A DNA stretch of 64,000 nt from Paragordius varius. Taxonomy: Eukaryota > Animalia > Nematomorpha. The notes beneath the pieces were generated by a model that saw nothing but the letters and a program-made list of their open reading frames with translations, had not been told where the DNA came from and did not search any database. Every line of letters starts with the position of its first letter. The stretch's first letter is position 1. Shown piece after piece: positions 24,841 to 39,815 of this stretch. The position numbers and the translations under genes were made by a program. The DNA lies in NCBI GenBank assembly GCA_964247055.1, contig OZ176051.1, positions 5,952,001 through 6,016,000 of the forward strand, given 5' to 3'.

Positions 24841-27800
24841 TCAAGGCCTGTGAAAGCGTGTAAGATGTTTACTCTGTTCATGGACTTGCATTTCACGATG
24901 TTTGAATTCGTTTAATTCTTTACGGATTACCGCTTTATCCCTCGGGGTCAAACGGGTCCAAGGCTTATCAGCTTTCCTATCATAATTTTCAGCGGGTGTG
25001 GTTTCAACATAATCACAAAATCGAATAATTTGCCGTTCTCGTAACTCATCTATCGTTGGTCGAAAGGAGAGCTACATGAAAAAATGGTACAATTTAAACA
25101 GATAATACACTTTTAATCATATAACGGCAAAGCCACGATCATAGCATTTAAAGCACACGTTTCAAATAAAAGGTAGCGTATTTTTCATGATTTTAGCGTA
25201 TTATTATGGAATTTTATTAGAATTTTAAGGCTATATAATGGTTATTTAATCTTAATATTAGTATTTTTAGCGTAATTTTTATGATTTTAGCGTTTTTAAT
25301 GAAATTTTTTCTTTAGTTTTCACAATTTTTAGCGTATTTGAATAAAAGGTTTTCTTTAGGGTTTTGTATTATGAAACCAAAAATTTGGTATTGATCTTAT
25401 TCTTTTAATATTTTTGAAATAATTATTATATCTAATGCCAAATTTCTACTATTCTGATACAACACACATTTGATGGAAAAATTTATTTAAACCATTTAAT
25501 TAATCAAAATATTATTAATTTAAAGAATAATAAGTATAGTAATAAAATCCAAAAAGTGTTTAATTAAAAATTACCTTTCGTAAAAGCATTCGCCGTGTGT
25601 TTTCCTTATCGATCTTAATCTGTTCCTCAGTTCGGTGTTGTAAAATATTTCGTTGCTCAAGCTCTTCTGGCGTCGGTCGCAAACTAAGCCTCCTTTTAAA
25701 ATAATTTTTTTTATTAATATAAAAAATATATAACTAAAAGTTTAAATTTTTTTGTGATAATTTGATATTTAAACAAAAAGTTACCTATTTAATTTGGCTC
25801 CAATGTTTTGAAGGTCTAAGGCGGAATCATTTTGGTTCGTATGTTCTGGGTTTATAGTAGTATCTCCATTGGTTGAAAAATTAACATTTTTAACAAATTC
25901 TAAGGTAATAAAAAATGACATAGGAAAAAATATAATGAATTATTTATAAGCCTATTTTAAAAGTTACAAATTTTATTTTTGAAAAAAAGGTGTTTTTAGC
26001 TATGATTATATAACCAAATACCTGGTAATGTAGAGAGTGTAGAAAAGTTAGAATCACCATTATTCAGCATAGAAGTGCTTTTATCATTAATATTTTCAGT
26101 TTGGTTTGGGCTAAAATATTTAGTAATATATGTTCCATTTTGACTTTGTTCATTGGCGGTGTTGTCTTGATATGAATTGTTTGATTCATCCCTTGCTCGA
26201 AAATAGTGGCTAACATAAATTTTATAAAAAAATTATATATAAAAGAAGTCCAATTATTAATCTCATTCATAAATATATGGATTATTTTGTTGTGTTATTA
26301 AACATTTCGTCTAAATGTTTTACTTACGACAGAGGCATAATGACGTGCTTAATTAAATAGACGAATAAAGATAACGCTTAAAAAACATGCTTTGAATATA
26401 AATTTATTTTATTCTTTTTTCTATAACGCACTCATCCTCCATAAAAATATTTTTTAATTACATTTTATAAATGATTTATGTTTAAACGCCAAACTAATAA
26501 TATCTCAATATAATTAAAATACTGGTAATTTATTATTCCATGTCACCATTTTGATGTCTCAACATAATTATTCTCACATCAAAAAAAGTAAAAATTATAT
26601 AAATGATGGATTATTATTATTATAATTATTTTTTAACATTATATGGTAACTTGATGTTTCTGACTTAGTTACTTTAGCATTTTAGTTTTAAGCCAAAAAA
26701 TATGCCAGAAAACGTATGAAAAGGGTGTTTAACTCAAGAATTCAATATAAAATGCGATTTTTATATTTTAATATTGTTTGGATATTCGTATTAACTATAT
26801 AAAATAAAGTTTAAAAATGTGTAGTTATTAAATAAACTTTAAAATAAATATTTTTAGTGACTTTAAAAACTACCGAAATAAGCTTCTATCATCCTCTTTA
26901 ACATATCAAGTTTTAAGCCAAAAAATATGCCTAAAAACGTATGAAAAGAGTGTTTAACTCAAGAATTTAATAAAAATGCGATTTTTTTATCAAATATAGT
27001 TTAAAATGTGTGATTATAAAATAAAGTTAAAAAATAAAGTTTAAAAATGTAAAACTTAAAATTTTAATAACTTTAAAATAAATATTTTTAGTGACTTTAA
27101 AAACTACCGAAATAAGCTTCTATCATCCTCGGGATCACTTATACTTGCATTATCGACGGGATGTTCAATTTTAGTAAAAGGTACTTCCTCCATCATTGGA
27201 TATTTATGAGCCAAACTTTCTCGTCGTTGAGGCAATTTTTTGTGTCGGCATTCTTCAATATTCTCATGATTATTTTTATTGCTACTATTATTGGTATTGT
27301 TATGTGTCAATTTTTTGTCGCGTCTAGGATGATGGCTTAAATGTATGGCAATACTATCGTTTCGATGTACCTTGGCAGCTAAGCCTAACAAAAAGTATGG
27401 AATAAAGTTTATAAATAAATTTTAACAATTTTCCACCTCTGATGATTATGCAGAAGCAAAAATAACTAATTAATCATAATTCATGCTATAAAAACACTAT
27501 TTTATTTATCAAGTCAAATTAAATTTTACCATTTAAAACAAAAGCAAAATTTTTTTCAACCCTGTTTTTTATAAAAAGAATCACGAAAAATAAATAAAAA
27601 TAGCAAATATTTATTGATATAACAAAAAACTCCACATACTAAAAGTCAAAAAAAAATGAATTCTAAAACTTAAATTTTTTTACCTCTGTGCACAATTTGA
27701 TCATTTTCTTCATCGGATGAACTGGAACTAGAATCATCGCTATTACTGCTATCTCTCTGATTCCCTGAAATGTAGGGTTGTTGTGCCATGGTATTCAAAG

Positions 27801-30800
27801 CCTCAGAATTATTGAGTTTGTTGGAATTTTTATAATTATTTTTACTGTCTGTCATCATAGAATTATTAAGTTTTTGCTCTGCTAAGGTTTGGGTTTGTTG
27901 TAAATGCTTCGATGTTACGAGTTGGGGTGGCGGTGTTCTTAAGTAATGATAAACATTTTATACGAATCCAAAACGAAAAATTGTGAAAAAAACAGAAAAA
28001 AATGTCATCATTTTATTTTATCCATCAACGAAAAAAAAATCTCAAAGGATATTAATATAAATAGTTTTTTTCCAACCATTAAAATATTTTTTATAAAACA
28101 CTAAATTAAATTAATAAAAAGTGAATCTCATGAGACACGTAAACCTTTTAGATGAATTAAGTTTTAGTATTTATCTTACGCATTCATTTTAATATTGGGA
28201 ATAAAAAATACTTGGAAGCAGATTTATCCGTTTTGCGGGACCAAGTGCCTGTAAAATATAGCATAGATATAGAGTATAAATCAAGAATAAAAATATCTTT
28301 ATATATTAATAAAAATTAGAATTAAATACCCTTTTTTGTGGTAAATTTTTAAATTAATGAAAACAACATCTATTGATTTTTAAAAGTCCCTATCGGGTAT
28401 CACCTTATACAATAAAAAACACTATTATGTCATATTTTTATTAATTGCTAAAAGATATTTAGCTTGCATGTCAGGAGCCATATATATGAGATTATCGTTT
28501 TTATAGGTTACATTTTCAAAAATTATGGAAAAAAAATACAATGTTTAATTCAATATGTGACTTAAAAAACTGAAAACTCTTATACATGACAATCTTAGCT
28601 AAATACCCTTTTAGCCATACAAAATACGGATGGCCTAAACAATAACCTTTTAATACAATTATTTTAATAAAAAAAAACAAAATTGAAAGTACGAGAAATG
28701 TTAAATAAATTTAAAAAACTTATCTTATACCAAAATGTTGGAAAAAATTCAAGTTATGATGTGTATTAGTGGTCGCCGCTGTTGTGGTATTTGAATTAAG
28801 TGGAACGTTATTAAAGACATTATTTTTATTATTAGGAAGTCCTGTATTGTCAGAATTTACACGGGCGTGATATGGCGTAATCATATTATTAGAGTCGCCA
28901 GATCCAACAAATGCCAAAGCATTATGATGTTGTTGTTTAAGGGCACTCTTTTTGGGTACGGCATTAAATTCAGGAATTTTCGCGGGGATCTCTTCAATAA
29001 TCGATGTATCAATAATGTTTGTACTTGGTTGAGTTGTTTGAGTTGATACCATTATTGTTGTATTTGCATTAGTAGGTTGAAGGACCGGTGTAATAGAAGA
29101 GCTATTATCTGGAATAGCGATGTGTTGAGACCGACGCGACGAATTTGGACTCATATTTAGGAAGGGAATAATGTAAGGACTTGAAGTTACTCCATCATCT
29201 TTCTTCTTTTTAGGCATGGTGTTTGATGCAATGAATTGGTTGGGATGGTAAAAATTAGGATTATGGATCCCTATTATATTGTAGCGTAAATCGCTAAAAT
29301 TTTGGGGGCTTTTATTGCAATTATCAGATGTATTTTCGTTTTTGTCTTCTCCAATCACATGATTGACCACTCTAGGGAGAGATGATGAGCTAGTTAATCG
29401 TTCAATCGGAATAATAAAAGATTCCTCCTCCTGGTCATGATTACATCGATTAATGTAATCTGAAAGAGTTTGGGCATCGTAAGAGTATGCTGGTGTATTG
29501 GATGCTGGTGATGATGATTTTATTACCAAATTTTCCAGCAATTGGTTCCGTATCCGTTGATTAGAAGAGGAAGAGGGCACTGATTTGGAGGAAATGACAT
29601 TGAAATTATTTTCATACAAGTTATTAATATTAGTATTGGTATTATTTATACCCTGGTGAATAGTAGAATAATTTACATGATTTTGATGATTATCAAACAC
29701 ATCTTTGGTATGGGCCGATTTTCTATGGATTGTTGATTTATCCTCATAATTATTTGCAGAATAATTATAATTTTCTACTCCGTCGTGATTCGCATGTCCA
29801 TTCCTATTATTGCAATAGTTTTGATAATTTGCTGAGTCATAATCATTATCAGCATCACCTTGGTTATTAAAATAATGATTGCTTTCACCTATATGATTGC
29901 CGTTAAGATCCGATATGTTAATTTGATTATAATTATTATTATTATTGTGTTTAACGATAGCTATGGGTGATGTTTGATTATTGCAATTCCCTTCATATCG
30001 TTGACGAATTATCCAAACTGGGGTACCAGTACCTAAGGATTCGGTGATTGTTGTTCTTTTTTCTTCAAAATTTGTTTCATTATTAGCTATATTATGATTG
30101 TATTGGAAAGAATTAATTTCCTGCTGATCGTTAGCGTTTATAGGTGGCGTATTAGGTAAAATTCTGTATCCAGAATATGTGTTGTTTGCGGGTAGGGATC
30201 CATCATTCTTTTGATGTAAAATTGGCGGTGGATTTGATTGCGTAGGCGAATTTTTCTTCAAATTTTTGGTACCGTTAACATTTGGTGTGATAGTAGAACA
30301 AGGAACACTTGTAGTCGATTTCTTAGTATGATAATAATATTGCAAACGATGATGATCTAACAATATAGGAAAGGAATAATTATTATAAAATGATAAGGTA
30401 AAAAATTTTTAAATAAAAATGATACATACGTTTGTCAAATAAATATAAATTGAGATGATTTAAAAATTCTTTTTTGGCGCGTATAACTCAATTTTGATGA
30501 CAATATCCCAAAGAGAATTATTAATTCATAAAGCAGAAAAATTTGACTAAGCATATAGGCAAGCAACAAGTGAAAAATTAAAACAATATGTTGGTTGCCT
30601 TGTACATTTCGATTGTGATATATTGTAGACCGCGCATTATGAAAGATTATTTTTTGTAAAACGAGAAGGGAGATATAGATAGATAGATGATGGATTTCAG
30701 TTTTTCCAACAAAGTTTTAACTGTCATTACGAGCACAAAATAAACATTTTTTATGTTTGTAAAAAAGAACTTCAAAAATAACGGATTAAAATTTTTACGG

Positions 30801-33800
30801 GGATACAATCATATATATCATACATTACATGACAATAAATTTATATCCTGCCTACATGGGAAAAATTAATGCATTTTCCTCTTTGTTAGTTATATATATT
30901 ACAAAAATATCAAAAAAAATTATGCACTTTAAGAAAATGTCATTTATCTAACTAGTAACTATATGTAACCACAATTAAGTTAAAATATATATATATATAT
31001 AAACCAATGTTGTTTAAAGCCAAATAGCTTATTCATAATAATGAAAAGAAAAAGAAAACTTAACATATATCACGTATAAATTAGTAAGTCCGCGCGCCTC
31101 TAAGAAGAAAAATTAAAGAAAAAAAGCGTATTAACGGACTTTTGCAGTATTATTTAAAAAAATACCAGTCTCGTTGTTCTTTCTTCATTAACAATCGATC
31201 CTTTCTCTTTGAACGCAAAAAAGATTATAAAGTAAAAAAAAGTTTAGAAAAAAGTATTAAAGACGGAATAACCTGTAAATTCAAAACCTTAAATCTTTGG
31301 AATAACATTTTGCATTTAAACCAAAAATTACTTTGGAAAATCGTTTAAATGCAAAGTATGTTTTATATAATATTTATATATATAAAAATATTATTTAGTT
31401 TTTTTAATATACATAAAAAAAGTTTGGACGAAAAAATCGATGAGAACGACAAAAAACCGCTCAATGGTGTAACATCGATCCATCCAATTTTACATGTTAA
31501 TTTGTAATAAAACTTTAATTATGTATTTTATTTTCCAAATAAAAAATTAAATTATAAAAACTTTTTTGCACTCAGTAGAATATAATGATGATATATATTA
31601 AAGATATTAAAAAATCCAATAACCAAAAAAATAAATTTAAGATAAAATAAAATTGATCAATTTTTTTTCGTTAAAATGTATGTGAGGGAGAGAAGGTCAG
31701 TCAAAAAAAGAGGTTATTCGTGAAAAGAGGTTAACGGCTATAAATACATCTCGATACTTAAAAATATTAATGTTACATATATATTATTTTACAACTATTA
31801 AAACATTTCATTATTTTTTAGCAAGAAAAGGTTTCGATGATAGAATCATATAATTTTGTACATTTCGATTTTAAAAACAAGCGTTTCTTTCTATCTCCGT
31901 TATTTTTTTTAAAAAAAGAAAAGTCAAATATCTGTTAAATGTTAAAAAGAACCGAAACCGTCTTTAGTTCCGGTTCGGTTTCCAAATTATTTTGTCATCT
32001 CGGGTTAGAAAGAAAGATGTTTTAAAAAATGGGTTTGGTTAAAACATTTTTGCGAATAAAATGTTTTGGTATAAAAACGGTTCTGAATGTTTATTTTGTA
32101 ATTTTAAGCAAGCACAATAATATTAAACTAAAAAAAAGGATTGTGCTAAGTTTTTGTAAAAAAATAAAAACTACTATTGTTGAAATTAGATGTCAAATAT
32201 TACAAGGTTCACCTACCACTTAAAAACAATTGATTTAAAGCCGTTAAAAACAGAAGTTTCGGTGCAAAAAACGGTTTTACCCTAATATATTGTCCGTTTA
32301 CGATTCGTATCATAAAAAAAGTAATTTTCTTCTTTATTTAATCGGGAATATGAGAGAAAGTCGTTCATATGGATAGACCAGGAGTGTTCAGCATGCGACT
32401 TGAGAATTTGGAAATATATATTTGACATATGCGGCCCGCTAGTGATATTTGAGGCAAAAATGCAGCCGCAAAGCAAGCTATTAATGTTGGAAACCCCTGG
32501 GCTAAACAATAAAATTTTGAGAGATGTAATTCTAGAGGTAGTTATGTCACGAAAATAAACCAAACCAAAGAGCGACACATTAGATGCGTGAAACAAACAA
32601 AAGAATTAACTTATGCCGCTAAAGTACAATTGTGTTAAATAAATACACTATGACATTCCATATGGTGACAAGTGGTATCTGACTTATACCTGCTTAACAT
32701 ACGCAATAATTATTTTGTGTTTTAATTTAAAGATTTGAGTCTCCGCAGGTATACAGAAAATATAGACAAAAATGTTATTGTGCCAAATTCTAAAAATATT
32801 TTATATTGTTCCGTAATAATTAATAAATAGTGTCTTAATAAAATTAAACACTATTTATATTACATGTATACTTATTGGATGAAAAAAATTTGATTTAATG
32901 GGATGTAATTTCTCATACCTATGATATTCCAAAATATAGAAAATAAAGGTTGAAGATCTAAGCATTCAACATATGAAAATGTTGAATGTATTTAATCGTT
33001 ATTTTATAGCAGAGGTTAGCCAATTATTATCTCGAAAAATAAATAAATTATGAAAATTAATTAAGAAAAAAAGGCGTATTCATGTTATATATTTTCGAAT
33101 AAGTATACAACTCTAAATAATCAATTTATTGATTGTTTTTTTTTAGTTTGTAAAATTTATAACAAAAGCATAATTGTGTTAATAAAATAAATATATATTT
33201 AATTGAGATCAAATATCATCAAATCAATCAATATGACGACATTTGTATAGTTTTAACTGTTTGAAAAAAAACATAAAGTTTAAAATGTTTTTTGCATGAC
33301 AAAGTAGTAGTATATCAATTATATAATTTGCCATTAATATAAAAATATACCTGAATTCACAAATATGTGTGATACATCAACTCTTTTACATGCTGAGTTA
33401 AACTACAAAAATATATAAAATTTTGTACTTTTATCTCTTATAAAAAGGAAAAAGCTTTAAGAATTATCTGCAAAGGGTCGACAGTGATTAACGATAAATT
33501 CAATAATTCTCACAATTTCACCTCTATGATTGTCTAAACAGGTTTGTCCAACAAAAATAGCTTTGCAGGTCAACTTGAAAAAAACGGTGGGCTCCACTTG
33601 AAAAATGCATTTATAAATATTCTACTAAATTTCAAACATAAGACTTAATAATTTTAACCATTTCTGCTAGTTCATTGCCGAAATTTGGAAAGAGTAATCT
33701 ACAATATCAATTTTACTTGGATTTTGTAAAAGGTATTTTTTTATCATACAATTTATAATTTATATTTAGGATTCAAATTTCGCACAGGCTCCAGGAATGT

Positions 33801-36258
33801 TTCGAAGACCGCATGTTGGTCACCCCTGGTCTAAATTATCCAAAGCTAATTGCCATTCACGGTCAATGTACTCAATTAATGCATGTAACATATGTTGTCA
33901 GACGATATGATCAAAAAAGAAAATTAATTATCCAAATATTTTGTCTATCATATTAATTTTTGATAAATTACAAATATGCCTTTTTATGTCGGAAAAAAAT
34001 TCATAATACCTTTTTTATATTAATTTTAAAAAATATTATTTTACTCAATACGACTGCAAATACCTTGTGATGTAAAAATCATTAATAAGTATTTAAAAGG
34101 TATATAAGCTTTTATGATTATCACCTTTAATTAAGAAGACTTTATTTGTAAAATGGCGTTTAGGTGACAACTTGTTGATATTAAAATATTATAAATTATT
34201 TATAAATTATAATTAAATTTTATATTAATTATTATTTAAAATTTGAGGATAATTGGAAATTTAGGGAAATACATTCGTCAAAAAAATAGTAGCAAACTAT
34301 TAATTTTGTGGCAATTATAAGTGTATATATAAATAATAAAAACTGTCATTAATAATTTAATTAACAATTAAAAATTTGGATATGGATACATTAGCGCTTT
34401 AATATACAATTTACTTATAAAAAACTTAAAAACGTATTAACAATTAAATATTTAAAAGAAAAATATTTTTTACCTGTTGTATTGGATGGACTTGATAACA
34501 TATTGGAATTTATAAATTTACTATCAAAGTAATCTGTGGCGTAATGTTGGTCGTAGGCGTTATACGAAGATTGATCTAAATTAGGTGAATCAACGCTTGC
34601 AAAATCTGAATGCGAGGTTATATTATCTAAAAAATAAAAATGTTTCAAATTCGTAAAATAATATTTGAATAATTATTGACATTTACATGAGTAATACATG
34701 TGGAATTTGACTTGTACAAAATTAAAACTCAGTATTCGATTGGTATAGTAGCGTTCGTTCAGTTAACATTAAAAATGAAACAATTGATTTTTGTTTTGTA
34801 AATTTCAATTAAATTAAAACTATATTAAACTTTTTACAAATTTATCTGTTGTTATACCTGCGATTCGTTAAAAATAAAATACTCGACACCAATTAATTTC
34901 TCAATTACAAAAATTATATAATCCAAAATATCAATCTATATATAATTACCTGTTTTAGCTAGAGTTGGAGAAGTTTGTTTGTCATACTGCTGTTGTAGTA
35001 TGTTATCCTTTAAAGATGCCGAATTGCAGGTAGGAATATAACCGTAGTATTTATGATTCAGATTTATGGCATTTTGATTACAATCATTCACAGGTGTTAA
35101 TTGCTCTTGTTGATTACTAATCAAAGGGTTGGTGGTGGCTCTGCATAAATTCTGTTTTGGAGAGAGAAGGGATGAAGGCACCTTGATATCTTGGCGGAAA
35201 GTATTTTCAAGCAGTTGAAAAGGTTTCGCTTGGTTTTGAGTTGATGATTGATTGTCAAGCTCTCTTTGAGATATTGGGTGATAACCATTTTCTACAGGAT
35301 GCGGAGGTTCATTTCGGTCGCCATCTTGATGTGACGACATAAGATAAGCCGGTTCGGATAAAAATGATTGATTTAACGAAGTGATTGTGTAATTGTGGTT
35401 GTGTTGAGAGGCTGTTTCCATAATACGACCTATTGCATGAGTATGATCTGAGGTATAACCATCAAGTTCACTGTCATCCATAGAGGCGAAGTGTCCATTT
35501 AGTTGTGTACCACCCGCATTCACTGCAGCTATAACTGGGGGGACCGAACCGAATTTTGGGAGTAAAAATAATTTTTTCTTTAAATACTTTCGGCGTTTAA
35601 GATTTTTTTCAGGATGGTTATATTCAACCTGTTTAATGTCGCCACCGATTCGCAGTAATGGACTAATGGTGTTGGAATTTGGGTCATTAAGTTTGGCATT
35701 CGAGTCTCGAGTTTTACAAACATTATTTTTGGATGATGGGATAAGAAAATTTCGCCCCTTGTCTTTTGATTGTCGAATTCTGATAGCACCGGAATTAATA
35801 AATCGTGTTCTTTGAAGCAAAGCAAATTGTTTACGCCATTTCCAGGGTTTAAACCAACACCGATTAAATACTACGGAAGTAAAGGTAGGATTTCCAGACG
35901 AATAATTATTTGTGTTGCATTTGTGACAGTGATTTAAATTTTCCGAATTTAATTTTGGGGATAATATATGATTGCCGATTGGTTTTTCAGAACAGTCCAT
36001 AGAATTAACTGTTGAATCGAATGATTGAGATTTTCCATGACGCAATGGGGATATATGAGCTAATTTAGAAGGTACAGATTGCTGTTTGTTATGACTAAAA
36101 AACGAGAAAATTGATGATCTATGGTGAGTTTGCGTTTTGGCTTTAAAATACTTTGTGGGGGTAGCATGGTTACTAATCGGCGATAAGTGTAATGCTACAT
36201 TATTGGTAGCATTTTCATATTTGGTTTCCTGATCATAAATTAAATTGTCAGATTTCAT
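24841..36258 (-). CDS. PHACTR: Phosphatase and actin regulator (RPEL protein) with very long N/S-rich disordered exons
   Basis: N-terminal FKPWKWRK motif; C-terminal [47 protein letters not shown] and [47 protein letters not shown]. Exons are phase-consistent, including a 40-nt exon near 28212-28251. Confidence 0.9.
26686..27130. repeat. Tandem duplication (~225-234 bp period) spanning a PHACTR exon end and splice donor
   Basis: TTTTAAGCCAAAAAATATGCC...GACTTTAAAAACTACCGAAATAAGCTTCTATCATCCTC occurs at 26686-26896 and 26911-27130. Confidence 0.9.
32379..32499. mobile_element. Short hAT MITE, CAGGGGTGTCCAAC family
   Basis: Termini CAGGAGTGTTCAGC / GTTGGAAACCCCTG; flanks GGATAGAC / GGCTAAAC with a TA core. 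Confidence 0.6.
33539..33828. mobile_element. hAT MITE, CAGGGGTGTCCAAC family
   Basis: Termini CAGGTTTGTCCAAC / GTTGGTCACCCCTG; GTCTAAA on both flanks; internally collinear with 5105-5387. Confidence 0.7.
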
Positions 36259-36510
36259 GTTATTGCATAATACGGAAGACTGTGATTAGTGGAATGGTAA
36301 GGCTAATTTGTTAATTTATGCATAAAGCAAGGTACTCAGGAATGTGTCCATATGTTAGGCCAACAATTACAGGTCAACATCCAAAGGTTTTATGGATAAA
36401 TATTAATAAAATTTTTACAATTTATAAAAAATATTATTAAATCTTTTATTATTGTTAAAAAAATAATAATACAGTTGTGTGCACAATTACATACGAGCCA
36501 CGTTTAGAAT

Positions 36511-38058
<1,548 letters not shown>

Positions 38059-38648
38059 AATTTTCAGCAATCATTTATTTGATTTTTTTATGTTTCTTTC
38101 CATATACATATAGTATTTATCAATGAATCAAATGTTTCACATATACTTTCCAAAAAAATCCTTACTCTTGCAATTTAAATTTCCTCAATCCATACATGCA
38201 TACCATATTTTTTAAAATTATAAAAATGTGTAATTGGAAAATTTTACTTAGTTTAGCAGTGATTGTGTACAAAGGGTCATTTATAATAAACTTTGATAAT
38301 ATATATTAATTATAAGTTTGAGAGATTGAAATTTCGAAAAAAATATAATTAAAGCGACAATCATTTGCCAAAGATAGCGTGTATTGTTATTTTATTAAAT
38401 AAATAAACTTTTTCAAAATTTATTTTCCCTAAGTATTTTGTTGGATCGTCTTTGTATTATTTTAAATATTTCTTCTTTGTAACCCAAATTATTAAATGAT
38501 AATATTTATATATTTAATTAAAATTAAGTATAAAATAAAATATAATAGGTGTAAAAAATAAAGATTTCAACATTTACTACGTATTCGAAGTTTTAAATCT
38601 ATATAAATTTCCACAGAAAAAAGTATTAATTAATAGTTTTATATATAA

Positions 38649-38680
38649 ATAGCTGTGCCTGTCACGCGTCGCGGTCGATC
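38649..38680 (-). mobile_element. Possible Helitron 3' terminus
   Basis: The minus strand reads CGACCGCGACGCGTGACAGGCACAGCTAT, a GC-rich subterminal stretch ending in a CTAG-like end. It resembles invertebrate Helitron ends; the 5' end was not found. Confidence 0.35.
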
Positions 38681-39485
38681 ATATTATTAATAAACGATAA
38701 AATAACACGATTTTTTTTAGATCGCATAAAATTTAATTGTGGGACAGTACCCGTGTAAATTTTAAAATAGAAATGGACTTGAATTTTGTCTATAAACGGC
38801 ATTTCGCAAATCTTTTAATTCCACGTTTTTTATAAGGTTGCAATATAACATAGGGCACCCCTCCATTCATGGTTCAATTTGAAAAAATCGCTGAGAAATT
38901 GGCCCTTAAGGAGAATTAAACCAATTGTTTAAATAGTCTCATAATTTGGACAATATATCAATTTAGACTCACGATAATTTTAAATAATGGCGCATATAAT
39001 ATATATATCAGCGTTTGACCATAAATCGCTTACATGCCTGTAATGCCTCAACCATGATTGAATATCCCTATTGTCTCATATGTTTTCTAAAAAGTTGATT
39101 AACCATGTTATTTTTATATGCTGATGTATTTAACACAGGGTCGGGCACATTCTGCGTTTTTTTAAAAAAGAACTGGACTAATATTTTTCTTTGATACGAG
39201 AAATGCCTAACCATTGTAATACTCATATGGTCTCATAAATTTTTGGAAAATTTGCTTTCAAGCCATTGCAGTAATATATGCTGGCGATTTTACAGAAAGT
39301 GGACTCCAACCATGTGTTATCATAATTTACTTCAATTTTTGCATTTAAACAGGAATACTTGCAACGTTTATTTATATATATAAAAATACTAGTTTAAAAG
39401 AGGGTGGGGCTCAATTAAATTTTTGCCTAAGGCCATGTTATTTTTACATAGTGGAGCATTAACTTAATATACAGTTTGGAGTCTC

Positions 39486-39658
39486 TTTTTTCCTTTTTTT
39501 ATTAAAGGATAGGACTTAAATTTGTATCCGGACGTGTGAAGGTTTTAACACTCGCCTGCCCAGGGCTGACAGTGATGATGGAAAAAATGCGTAGTTTGGG
39601 GGTTCGAACTCTGGCATGCAGAGTTAGAGTCCGACGCCCTACTTACTATACCAGTCCT
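39486..39658 (-). mobile_element. tRNA-derived SINE, copy A
   Basis: Head GGACTGGTATAGTAAGTAAGGG...GAGTTCGAACCCC with A- and B-box-like motifs, core CAGGCGAGTGTTAAA and an A-rich tail. Second copy at ~48019-48180. Confidence 0.65.
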
Positions 39659-39815
39659 TAGCGGGTAAAAAAAAAACTCTGTACAAATGGAAATAGCTGG
39701 ATTTGTCATATTCATCGAAAATTGATTCCGCTTTATATGCGCATTTTACAGAGAAGAAGGCCCTAAGGTAATTGTAAAAGCGCTTAACTAAATTTTTTGT
39801 CCTTAGGGATATACA

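Noticed and set aside
32282-32596. 104-aa ORF in a PHACTR intron
   Set aside because: Overlaps the 32379-32499 MITE, has no recognisable motif, and begins at a non-ATG codon.
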